Part shown: piece after piece, positions 39,814 through 48,290 of the stretch
Layout: the number at the start of each line of letters is the position of its first letter
Position numbering within the stretch: the stretch's first letter is position 1
IMG/VR virus record: IMGVR_UViG_3300037418_002332
Reading direction: 5' to 3' (one strand)
Source: a virus
Taxonomy: Duplodnaviria > Caudoviricetes
DNA: 64,000 bases
Position numbers and translations under genes: made by a program
Notes under the pieces: generated by a model
Databases searched by the model: none
What the model saw: only the letters and a program-made list of their open reading frames with translations
What the model was told of the DNA's origin: nothing

Positions 39814-39918
39814 ATATGATCTCCTTTCGGTCTTAGACGGGCCAATCTTGCCCTAACTGCCATATGTAACCCAACTTGGTTACATTGTTATATAGTGCCT
39901 GACCAAGAACCTGAAACA

Positions 39919-39926
39919 AATAAATA
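39919..39926 (+). promoter_or_regulatory. Late promoter variant AATAAATA
   Basis: Upstream of a probable virion-internal gene block. Confidence 0.6.
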
Positions 39927-39952
39927 CTAAAAATCTTAGAAAAAGGTGTAGG

Positions 39953-40921
39953 ATGACGAACAAGACTGAAATCGATGAAGGTATGTTCACGCCATACTCA
40001 CAATTTTTTAAACAAACTAAGCCTGCTACTCATGAAGATCATACTCATGAATATCACTGCGAAGTTAGCTTGTGGCATTATCAACCACGTGGTGTAACCT
40101 GCACTATTTACAAAGGCAGCAAAGTTGTTTGGGAACACAAATCAAATAATCCAAATACATTGATGGCTGATGAAGCTAAAATGTATCAAATGATTCGTTC
40201 CTTGAATCTCAATACAAATACAATTACCATCTTGAAGAAAATCAATGGTCGTGTTGTAGATGAAGTCGGTGAAAGCGTTGTACATGAAGCGAGACGTCCT
40301 GGGAGATTCAACGCAGTTGCCCCTACAAAAAGAAAAGGATTGACTGTTGGGGATACCAACCAAGTTGGTCCAAATCAAATTGAAATAGTTTTGCCACGTG
40401 ATGATTTGGATAAGCGTAAGACTCTTCTAAAACCATTGATCGATTCAGGTCATAAAATTATTAATACAGTCAGAAACGGAAGGATGGACATTGTGACCTT
40501 GAAAACTCCGAACATCGTAAGTGAAGATGTTAAGCTTGATGAACGCGTCATTGATTACCAAGAAAGACGCAAGAGAGCTATGACTATTCGCAAATACAAA
40601 AATAAGCTAAAATTAGCAAGAGTTCGTTCAGAAAAAAGATTGGCAGATTCTAGCCATCTTGAAGCACGTGCTCGTAAAGCAGCTATCATGTTAATCCGTA
40701 GAAAGTTTGCTGGTAAGCAGGGTGCAGACTATGCCAATCTCTCACCAAGCGCGAAAATTGCGGTTGATAAAAAGATTGAACCAAAGAAGCGTTTGATCGC
40801 TAAAATTGCTGCTCGTATCTTGCCTAAGATTAGACAAAAAGAAATTGCTCGTTTCAGAGCTAGAAACAAGAGTGCGTCTGAACAATTGGCATCAGGTACA
40901 GTTCCTAATCCATTGTCATAA
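39953..40921 (+). CDS. Putative internal head protein with highly basic C-terminal domain
   Basis: EIDE, VHE and LDE potential processing sites; K/R-rich C-terminus; late promoter. Confidence 0.55.
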   Translation: MTNKTEIDEGMFTPYSQFFKQTKPATHEDHTHEYHCEVSLWHYQPRGVTCTIYKGSKVVWEHKSNNPNTLMADEAKMYQMIRSLNLNTNTITILKKINGRVVDEVGESVVHEARRPGRFNAVAPTKRKGLTVGDTNQVGPNQIEIVLPRDDLDKRKTLLKPLIDSGHKIINTVRNGRMDIVTLKTPNIVSEDVKLDERVIDYQERRKRAMTIRKYKNKLKLARVRSEKRLADSSHLEARARKAAIMLIRRKFAGKQGADYANLSPSAKIAVDKKIEPKKRLIAKIAARILPKIRQKEIARFRARNKSASEQLASGTVPNPLS

Positions 40922-40931
40922 AGGTTGAATT

Positions 40932-41411
40932 ATGCTGAAGTTTTCTGAATTTAACAATGCTCCATTAGCCAAAAAATTCGTTGGCTTATTTGTGGATAAA
41001 GAAAGTCAAACAAAGCTTGATTTTTGGGCTCGTTCCATGAACTTTGATTTGACTAAAGATCATGATGGTCAAGATATTGGAATGTTTCCATTTCATGCCA
41101 CTTTGTTCTATACTAATAACGAAGTGAGATACATCAATATGGATTTTGTTTTTCCAAAAATTGAAGCCCAATTCAAGGGCATCGAACTATTCGGTGAAAA
41201 CAATGATATTCCTGTTTTGACAGTACATAAATCAGACAAATTACTTGGATTGCGTGAATATTTTGAAGATCAAGGTTTTACTGATAGCAGACCATGGTCT
41301 CCTCATGTGACTTTGTCATATAACTGGAGCCCAATCAATCCAATTAGCAACATGGTGTTGCCAAACTTTTCAATTTATTTCAACCGTCTTGTAATAGAGG
41401 ATCAAGGATGA
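40932..41411 (+). CDS. 2H phosphodiesterase, Acb1/T4 57B-like
   Basis: HATLFY and PHVTLSYN compared with 57B HSTICYS and PHITLSYN; MLKFSEF start. Confidence 0.75.
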   Translation: MLKFSEFNNAPLAKKFVGLFVDKESQTKLDFWARSMNFDLTKDHDGQDIGMFPFHATLFYTNNEVRYINMDFVFPKIEAQFKGIELFGENNDIPVLTVHKSDKLLGLREYFEDQGFTDSRPWSPHVTLSYNWSPINPISNMVLPNFSIYFNRLVIEDQG

Positions 41412-42118
41412 AAAACATAGCAGTAATGAAAGACTCAAAAATGAGCGACATCTTCGATCCAGAAGATAAAGTTATCAATATCATGACACCAAATACATTT
41501 TCAGCTAGAAAATATGGGTTGCCTGAAAAAGGTGCGTTCTTGTACAAAGGTTATCCAATGTACTTGGATAGAACCGTCATTCACGCACGTAAGGAAGACA
41601 AAGCAAAGGTAGATGAATTGTTGAAAGAAGATATTCAACTAATTGAAATTTCAAACAAGTTGCTTAACAACTATATGAAAAAATCTGGTGATGACATGGT
41701 TTCAGCTATGCATAAGCAAAAGGCTGGCCGTCCTGTGGATTGGAAAAAAGTGAATAAAAGATCAGCTGGTTATAACAAAGCCCATAGCAAAGTTAACACA
41801 GGTCGGTATTCAGATAAGAATTCGAAATCAAAGCTTGAAGTTGAATCAGTCCAACCAATCGATGAAATTTCAGTGAAGAAGCTTAGCAATTATATGAAAA
41901 AGGCTGATGATGAAATGCATTTGGCAAAAGATCAAATGAAGCATGCTGGAAGTAAAGAAGAACACGACAGCGGCAAAAAGTGGTTCAACAAACGTTCCAA
42001 AGGTTACAGCAAGGCTCACCAAAAGCTTGATGCGAAAGTCAATGCTCGTAGAACTGATGAAAATTTGTCACTATTCGCAAGGCTAAATAATCTTAGAAAG
42101 ACGTTTGGAGACAAGTAA
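41408..42118 (+). CDS. Basic modular putative internal head protein
   Basis: Two (L/I)xEISxKxLxNYMKK modules. Confidence 0.6.
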   Translation: MKNIAVMKDSKMSDIFDPEDKVINIMTPNTFSARKYGLPEKGAFLYKGYPMYLDRTVIHARKEDKAKVDELLKEDIQLIEISNKLLNNYMKKSGDDMVSAMHKQKAGRPVDWKKVNKRSAGYNKAHSKVNTGRYSDKNSKSKLEVESVQPIDEISVKKLSNYMKKADDEMHLAKDQMKHAGSKEEHDSGKKWFNKRSKGYSKAHQKLDAKVNARRTDENLSLFARLNNLRKTFGDK

Positions 42119-42525
42119 TGAAGATTTCAGAATATCCTGCATATTCAAATCTACAACCTAATGATATTCTGCTGGTTGTAGCAAACACAGACACTGATCC
42201 TGCAACTAAGTCTGTCCGTTACAAGGACATTCTAGCTCATCTATCAGCAAACACTTCAATTACTGCAAATTTTACAGTTACTGGTGATGTAACTGTAAGT
42301 GGTAACAATTACAATGTGACTTCTACTCATGTGAATTACACAAACTTGTCCATCCAAAATCTTAAAGTTTCATCAAACGGTTTCATCGTTAGCACGAAAT
42401 ATACACCGGCAAACTCCTCAATCAGTGAGGCAGGAAGTGCGGGCAAGTTCTCATTTGACGACGATTATATTTATGTGAAAACTGCTAACAATGTGACCAA
42501 AAGAGTAGCATTGTCAACATTCTAA
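42118..42525 (+). CDS. Putative virion structural protein
   Basis: MKISEYP N-terminus; DDDYIYVKTANNVTKRVAL C-terminal motif of fibre/baseplate-associated proteins. Confidence 0.55.
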   Translation: MKISEYPAYSNLQPNDILLVVANTDTDPATKSVRYKDILAHLSANTSITANFTVTGDVTVSGNNYNVTSTHVNYTNLSIQNLKVSSNGFIVSTKYTPANSSISEAGSAGKFSFDDDYIYVKTANNVTKRVALSTF

Positions 42526-42929
42526 TGATTCTGACTGAAAGTAATTTTACCCTTTTCGCTGCAAAATACTATGAAAATCATAATTGTGAGTCGCTAGAAG
42601 AGTTTGAAAAAGATATTGCAATTTTCAAATATCTGAAAAAACTGTTCTTCGTGTATGAGAATAAAAGCGACCTCCGTGAGCGTTTGATATTGAACCATCT
42701 AATAGTTCTGTACAACGTGTTTGAAGCGAAAGCTTGTACTAAAATGTTAGTGATGAAAATGAAAGAGTATCACTCGTTCCTTTTCCCGTTTTTATTGTTC
42801 CTTGGCTATTTGCCTCAGGATAAAATTACCGGAATCTATAATGATCAATTTGTCATTAATGTGAGTGACATTCCTCTCAATGAGGAGATAATCAAAAAGC
42901 TTCGCGAAATTAAGGCCAATGTTAGATAG
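42525..42929 (+). CDS. Conserved T4-like phage protein
   Basis: FAAKYY ... EEFEKD ... LRERLILNHLIVLYNVF motif. Confidence 0.75.
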   Translation: MILTESNFTLFAAKYYENHNCESLEEFEKDIAIFKYLKKLFFVYENKSDLRERLILNHLIVLYNVFEAKACTKMLVMKMKEYHSFLFPFLLFLGYLPQDKITGIYNDQFVINVSDIPLNEEIIKKLREIKANVR

Positions 42930-42964
42930 AGCTTCGCTCTTCGGTTAACCGGCCAGTAACCTTT

Positions 42965-43053
42965 GTTAACGAGTCAGTTGACCAAGGGAAGTAACGACTT
43001 GTTGGGAAGATTTTTCGACATTTCATGTCTCAAAACTTCTCGCGAGCGCGAGG
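42965..43053. repeat. Dispersed non-coding element, copy 2
   Basis: GTTAACGAGTCAGTTGAC plus a 44-nt box matching copy 1 at 39/44 positions. Confidence 0.85.
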
Positions 43054-43130
43054 AATAATTTTATCGCTATTTTCTTGATGTTAATCAAGGGTCTATAAAA
43101 ATAAATCTAATGGTTTTCGAGAAGAATTTC

Positions 43131-43159
43131 TTGATGCGTAACCGAAACAACTCTAGAAT
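43131..43159 (+). promoter_or_regulatory. Sigma70-type promoter
   Basis: TTGATG-N17-TAGAAT, 8 nt before ATG. Confidence 0.55.
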
Positions 43160-43167
43160 GGACGAAA

Positions 43168-43776
43168 ATGGCTTCTTTCGGAATTTGGGATACATTTTTT
43201 GTATATCAATTCGTTAAAAGACTTGTCAAACCTTTTGACAAGTGGGAAGCTTACAAAACTGGCGTCATTGATAAATCAGGGAACATAGTTGTTCCCTATG
43301 ATGACAGAAATGAAGAACAACGTAAGTCATTCAGATACTTTGATTTGCTCGTATTGAATCTCAAAAAAGTTCTAGCCAAAATTCCAGGTGGTTCCACCAA
43401 AATTGCCACATACGCAGCTGCAATCTGGTTGCTCCGTGAAGACGTCAACAAATTCAATCTTGAAACCCTTGAAGAAGATTTCATAACTTTTCTTAAAGAA
43501 GACATTGCTAATACCGCAAATCCGGCGCATATTGCTGGATTGGATAATCCACCTAAGTTCATGAACCATAAGGTGTATAATGTTAAGATGAGTACATTGA
43601 TGAAGATTCGTCACGGTAAAAAGCCAAAAGACAGATATGCAAAATATCTGGATGAGGAAGAAAACGCCGAAGAAATTCGTCAATATTGCCGATCCAATCC
43701 AAATGAATCAGTGATCTTGCAACATCAACCGTCAGGACAAATGATGTTTCTAAGACGAAAGCCACAAAGGAATTAA
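43168..43776 (+). CDS. Conserved T4-like phage protein
   Basis: YQFVKRLVKPFDKWEAYKTGVIDKSGN and YAAAIWLLRE motifs. Confidence 0.75.
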   Translation: MASFGIWDTFFVYQFVKRLVKPFDKWEAYKTGVIDKSGNIVVPYDDRNEEQRKSFRYFDLLVLNLKKVLAKIPGGSTKIATYAAAIWLLREDVNKFNLETLEEDFITFLKEDIANTANPAHIAGLDNPPKFMNHKVYNVKMSTLMKIRHGKKPKDRYAKYLDEEENAEEIRQYCRSNPNESVILQHQPSGQMMFLRRKPQRN

Positions 43777-43779
43777 GAT

Positions 43780-44013
43780 ATGGGTGATAATGCATATGAA
43801 GAACGTGTTGATAATGTTGTTGAAACTTTGATGAATATGAATCCAGATGGAATACCAAATAAGGAAATTGAATCAAAACTTTTATTCGTATGCGAAGGAA
43901 TGTTGGAATTCAGACTTGGTGGTAAAGCATGGAAAGATTTTGCAGGTGATGTGAAAAAGAAACTTGTTCCGCTTTTAAAAGAAGCAAAAGCCGAAAAGAA
44001 GAAAGATGCCTAA
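43780..44013 (+). CDS. Hypothetical protein
   Basis: ORF in operon. Confidence 0.6.
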   Translation: MGDNAYEERVDNVVETLMNMNPDGIPNKEIESKLLFVCEGMLEFRLGGKAWKDFAGDVKKKLVPLLKEAKAEKKKDA

Positions 44014-44422
44014 ACATATGATGACCTTGTCCGAATACATCGAACAAATGCCGATTTCAGATGCTGACTTAAAAAAGGTCGAAGCATACCTTGATGCTGT
44101 GTTTGCGAAACTTGGAATTGACGTTGAGTTCGGAAAGCATTTCAAGGACCGTCTGAATGATGCTCGTAATGGAAAACAAATTTCCAAAACCGAGTTGATT
44201 AATCTTTTCACTAAGGAATACGAAAGATACGGAAAGGTCATTGCCCAAATGGGCCCTGATAAGGAAGCGTTGCTAACTGACCTTTCGTCTGATGTTAATA
44301 CACCAATTATTTTAAAATGGAATCGTGGTACTCAAAAGCTAGAAATGGCTGTTAAGACCATTATGAGAAAGAAAAATTTCAAACCTAACGACTCGAGAGA
44401 AAAACACTTTAAAGTGACCTGA
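44006..44422 (+). CDS. Conserved T4-like hypothetical protein
   Basis: DVEFGKHFKDRLND ... KTIMRKKNF motif. Confidence 0.7.
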   Translation: MPKHMMTLSEYIEQMPISDADLKKVEAYLDAVFAKLGIDVEFGKHFKDRLNDARNGKQISKTELINLFTKEYERYGKVIAQMGPDKEALLTDLSSDVNTPIILKWNRGTQKLEMAVKTIMRKKNFKPNDSREKHFKVT

Positions 44423-44429
44423 GGCTACT

Positions 44430-44915
44430 ATGTTTACAACCACGATCCTATCCACGCTCATTGGTATTTTCGGAAGTGCGATCCCTGATGTGATCAGCAT
44501 TTTCAAATCACGACAGGATACGATTAATGAAGTCAAACTCCTTGAAGCCAAAACAGAATACAACAAAATCGCCTCTCAGCTTAAGATCGATGAGCTCAAT
44601 ACTCAGGCTGATATTTCAGAGACCGAATCAATTCATGATTCTGATGCTGCTCTTGATGGTGGAAAGTTTGTTAACGCTTTTAGAGCAATTATCCGTCCCT
44701 TTATCACCGTGGTTTTCTTTATTACATTCATGGCAATAAAAGCATATGCTGTATATTATGGGACACATGTTCAAGGTTTGGATATAATTAATATGTTACC
44801 AATCATCTGGGATGACGAAACCTCCGCAATTTTTGGTGCCGTCATGGGCTTTTGGTTTGGTAATCGGAACATCGAAAAGTATTATGCTCGAAAAAATAAT
44901 AACAAGACGAGCTAA
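44430..44915 (+). CDS. Holin-like membrane protein (GTA 3TM holin family-like)
   Basis: IRPFIT and GFWFGNR motifs; hydrophobic segments. Confidence 0.65.
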   Translation: MFTTTILSTLIGIFGSAIPDVISIFKSRQDTINEVKLLEAKTEYNKIASQLKIDELNTQADISETESIHDSDAALDGGKFVNAFRAIIRPFITVVFFITFMAIKAYAVYYGTHVQGLDIINMLPIIWDDETSAIFGAVMGFWFGNRNIEKYYARKNNNKTS

Positions 44916-44924
44916 GGAACAGAA

Positions 44925-45251
44925 ATGCCCGATTCAAATCAACAACAAGTATCAAATAAGGAAATTTTACAAATCCTCAAATCAATGCAGGATAAAAGTG
45001 AATCCATCATTGTGTTGACTCCAACTGAAATTCAAACATTTAGAGATATCCTTAAGACGATAACTGTTGATGATCTTCGATACATCAAAGAATACTCAGA
45101 AGACCGTAAAGCTGTTACACGTGTTCTTGGTAAAGTGAAAAACTTCATTTTGGTTACAGCTGCAATTGTTGTAGCATACTTCGCTATTATTAGAAACGTT
45201 CTACCACCATTGCGTGAACTGCTTCTTAAATTTCTGCAAGGCGGAGGATAA
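44925..45251 (+). CDS. Membrane-anchored hypothetical protein
   Basis: One C-proximal TM segment. Confidence 0.6.
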   Translation: MPDSNQQQVSNKEILQILKSMQDKSESIIVLTPTEIQTFRDILKTITVDDLRYIKEYSEDRKAVTRVLGKVKNFILVTAAIVVAYFAIIRNVLPPLRELLLKFLQGGG

Positions 45252-45254
45252 TCA

Positions 45255-45758
45255 TTGATTAAGTTTGTTCGCACTCAAGTTCTATGGATTATAGCTGCTT
45301 GCATCACTGGCATGATGATTGCATCCGCCATAAATTTTTTCATTGATTCATCTAATCAGCTTGATACGATTGCCGACAAAGATAAGCCTGTGCTAATAAA
45401 CGTTTCAATCGTAGATTACGAAAAATCAAATGGCAAACTTTACGTCAATGTGGTTGGTGAAAAGGTCAGAGAGGATTGCGGTGCTCCTCTGAAAATTTCT
45501 GGATTTTATGGTTCTCCATTGATTCCCTTAGACTCAGTTGAAATTGTCAAAAGCATTGAAACTAAGGAAATTGTCCATGCTCCATATGTTCAACGTCCAT
45601 CAATTCCTGGTGTTCAACAAAATTTTGGATGGTGGGAAATTATTCCAATACCAAATGGGCCTTTCTATCTGTATGTAGATTACCTGTGCGGACAAAATAT
45701 CCAAGGTCAAGAACCTTACATCAAAAAGAGTATTCTAGGACCATATTCAATAGAATAA
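45255..45758 (+). CDS. Membrane-anchored periplasmic-type protein
   Basis: N-terminal TM segment, two Cys in the soluble domain. Confidence 0.6.
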   Translation: MIKFVRTQVLWIIAACITGMMIASAINFFIDSSNQLDTIADKDKPVLINVSIVDYEKSNGKLYVNVVGEKVREDCGAPLKISGFYGSPLIPLDSVEIVKSIETKEIVHAPYVQRPSIPGVQQNFGWWEIIPIPNGPFYLYVDYLCGQNIQGQEPYIKKSILGPYSIE

Positions 45759-45804
45759 TTTTTGTCAGTATTTTCTTTTTGGTGCCAACCTTTAGAATGA
45801 ACCT

Positions 45805-46773
45805 ATGAATTGGCTTGATACAAAATACGCTTCATTAATTACTCCATATGTACGCAATTTCAGAGTGAAAGGAACTTCACTCTGGAACTTCAGTTGTCCC
45901 ATTTGTGGTGATAGTCAATCGCGCAAGCATTTGGCACGTGGTTATCTTTACGAGGATGATCATGAACTCAAGTACAAATGCCATAATTGCGGATTCAATT
46001 CCAAATTTTGGTTTTTTCTCAAGACATTGAATGCTGGTTTGTATAAGCAATACAAACTTGAGAAAATGAAAACTGAAGGCAAAATGCCAAAAAAGGCTGA
46101 AGTCAAGTATGTCAAGCCTGAGATGCCTGTTAAATCGGACATTGAAAAACAATTTCTTCCTTTGAATGATGCAGCATTAGCATATCTGAAAAGCAGAGAA
46201 ATAACTAAGATTGATGATATCAAGTATACAGATGATTTGTTCAAACTTACTAAATTCTTTCCCGATAAATCCTTGCCTGAAGGTGAACGCATCATCTTCC
46301 CTATTCGCAATCGTCGGAAGGAACTGGTTGGGATAAGTGCTCGATCGATCAATCCAGCAAATAAGCTGCGATATGTTCTACTAAAAATATTGAATGAACC
46401 ATTGATATTTGGATTGGATAAAGTTGATATATCGAAGGATGTTTATGTTCTTGAAGGTGCAATTGATAGTCTTCATTTAGATAATGCAATTGCGGTGAAT
46501 GGTTCAGATTTGATCAAAGTGTCAGAAATAATTCCAAAAGATCGTCAAATATTAGTTTTCGATAATCAGCCTCGAAATCGAGAAATCGTCAACAAAATGT
46601 TAGCAGCTTGTGATAATGGTTATCGAATAGTCATATGGCCAAAAAATATTCCAGAAAAGGATGTTAATTTGATGGTTCGTACATATGGACTTGCTAAAGT
46701 AATTGAATGGTTGGGTAATACATACAAAGGAATGAGTTGCAAAGTCAAGATCAACGATTGGAAAAGAATATGA
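45805..46773 (+). CDS. gp61: DNA primase
   Basis: CPICGDS ... CHNCG zinc ribbon; VLEGAIDS TOPRIM; FDNQPRN. Confidence 0.96.
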   Translation: MNWLDTKYASLITPYVRNFRVKGTSLWNFSCPICGDSQSRKHLARGYLYEDDHELKYKCHNCGFNSKFWFFLKTLNAGLYKQYKLEKMKTEGKMPKKAEVKYVKPEMPVKSDIEKQFLPLNDAALAYLKSREITKIDDIKYTDDLFKLTKFFPDKSLPEGERIIFPIRNRRKELVGISARSINPANKLRYVLLKILNEPLIFGLDKVDISKDVYVLEGAIDSLHLDNAIAVNGSDLIKVSEIIPKDRQILVFDNQPRNREIVNKMLAACDNGYRIVIWPKNIPEKDVNLMVRTYGLAKVIEWLGNTYKGMSCKVKINDWKRI

Positions 46774-46991
46774 TGTTTCAAATGAATGAAAAACTACCAC
46801 CTGAAATGTGGTTGCAAATTTTAGTTGCATATGTTGAAGAGAACTATAAAGAACACTTTGATACATGGGAAATTTTCACCAGAAATTATGCCAACATGGA
46901 AATTTGGCAAGAAGCATACGACGCGGACATTGAGCCTGAAGATGCTTGGGAAGACGAAATGAGTTATTGGACAGTAGGAGAAAACAGTTGA
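46770..46991 (+). CDS. Small acidic hypothetical protein
   Basis: ATGA overlap with primase. Confidence 0.6.
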   Translation: MMFQMNEKLPPEMWLQILVAYVEENYKEHFDTWEIFTRNYANMEIWQEAYDADIEPEDAWEDEMSYWTVGENS

Positions 46992-47383
46992 GCGATACAG
47001 AAATTGTAGAAGGAAATTTGGAACAAGGTAATTTTGATGTGACAGAATTCAAATCAGCATTAGCTAATGGTTCGATAAATTCAGCTTTATTTCAATTCAA
47101 TTTTGATAATGAGTCAACAATGCCGAACATTCCATATTTGGCATTCAAGTATAAATTGTCCCAATCCAAGTTGAAAATTTGGTTTTATGAAACTGAAGAT
47201 GGTATTTGGATTGACGGTGAAAATACTAAACTGATTAAATTGAGTGTTTTCAAGGCTGATGGCACCAAAGCATATACAATTTCACTTGATGTTGAATTTG
47301 CGAAAGCTTCAACCAAAGGAAGTTGGGCAACTGGAAATAAGATTAAAGAATATAAGTTTACATACAGGGTATTGTCCAATTGA
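46988..47383 (+). CDS. Hypothetical protein
   Basis: ORF in operon; TTG start estimated. Confidence 0.55.
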   Translation: MSDTEIVEGNLEQGNFDVTEFKSALANGSINSALFQFNFDNESTMPNIPYLAFKYKLSQSKLKIWFYETEDGIWIDGENTKLIKLSVFKADGTKAYTISLDVEFAKASTKGSWATGNKIKEYKFTYRVLSN

Positions 47384-48237
47384 TTAGTGCTAAAATAATT
47401 CTCGGTTCTGAGTATAACGGAAAACGCATCACAACCTTTGAATTGACATATCCACGTTTCATTCATGCTGAATTCATGACACATCGTGTATTCAGCCGAA
47501 ATGCTGCCTCATCAAGAGCAATTCCGGTTCTTAAGATGTTGAAGATGATTTGGAATGATATGGCTATGCCTATCCATTGGGGTGCTAACCAATCAGGCAT
47601 GCAGGCAAAGCAAGAACTTTCTCCAATGAGAAAGTGGTTCGTTCGAAAAATTTGGCGCGGTGCAGGACGAACTGCTTTGGCTGCTGCTTGGTTAATGAAT
47701 AAGTTTGGTGCGCATAAGCAAATTGTTAATCGTATAGTTGAACCATGGTCACATATCACTGTTATCATGACTACAACTGAACTTGATAATTGGTTTGAAC
47801 TTCGTGATCATCCTGATGCCCAACCTGAAATTCATGAACTCGCAAAACAAATGCGCGAAGCAGTTCGAACATATTACTATGATAAGCTCAAGGCTGATGA
47901 ATGGCATTTGCCATATGTTAAAGACTATGAAAAAGCAAAGTATTCATTGTTAAAATGTATTCAAGTGTCGGTTGCGCGTTGTGCACGTGTGTCATATCTG
48001 ACTCATGATGGTCAATTGTCTTTGTTTGAAAAGGATGTTCAACTTTACGAACGTCTAGTTGGATCAGTTCCACTTCATGCATCACCAGCTGAACATCAAG
48101 CTGCTCCTGTGTTGAATGCAGGTGAGAAGAAATATCAAGGTAACTTTTTTGGCTGGAAACAGTTTAGAAAAATTCTTGAAGAAAAGATGGCAGGCGGTAA
48201 TTCAACCCTTGTTCAAACGACGTTCGCCTATAAATAG
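47380..48237 (+). CDS. thyX: FAD-dependent thymidylate synthase
   Basis: THRVFSRNAASSRAIP, AQPEI, CARVSY and HASPAEH motifs. Confidence 0.92.
   Translation: MISAKIILGSEYNGKRITTFELTYPRFIHAEFMTHRVFSRNAASSRAIPVLKMLKMIWNDMAMPIHWGANQSGMQAKQELSPMRKWFVRKIWRGAGRTALAAAWLMNKFGAHKQIVNRIVEPWSHITVIMTTTELDNWFELRDHPDAQPEIHELAKQMREAVRTYYYDKLKADEWHLPYVKDYEKAKYSLLKCIQVSVARCARVSYLTHDGQLSLFEKDVQLYERLVGSVPLHASPAEHQAAPVLNAGEKKYQGNFFGWKQFRKILEEKMAGGNSTLVQTTFAYK
48229..48236 (+). promoter_or_regulatory. Late promoter TATAAATA overlapping an NrdR-box-like sequence
   Basis: Exact late consensus inside CGCCTATAAATAGTGT, upstream of nrdA. Confidence 0.6.
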
Positions 48238-48247
48238 TGTTCCTTAC

Positions 48248-48272
48248 AATGAGCCTGTTCATGGCTCATTTT
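48248..48272 (+). terminator. Hairpin between thyX and nrdA
   Basis: AATGAGCC-TGTTCAT-GGCTCATT followed by TT. Confidence 0.55.
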
Positions 48273-48290
48273 CCATTTCCAGGAGTTTAA

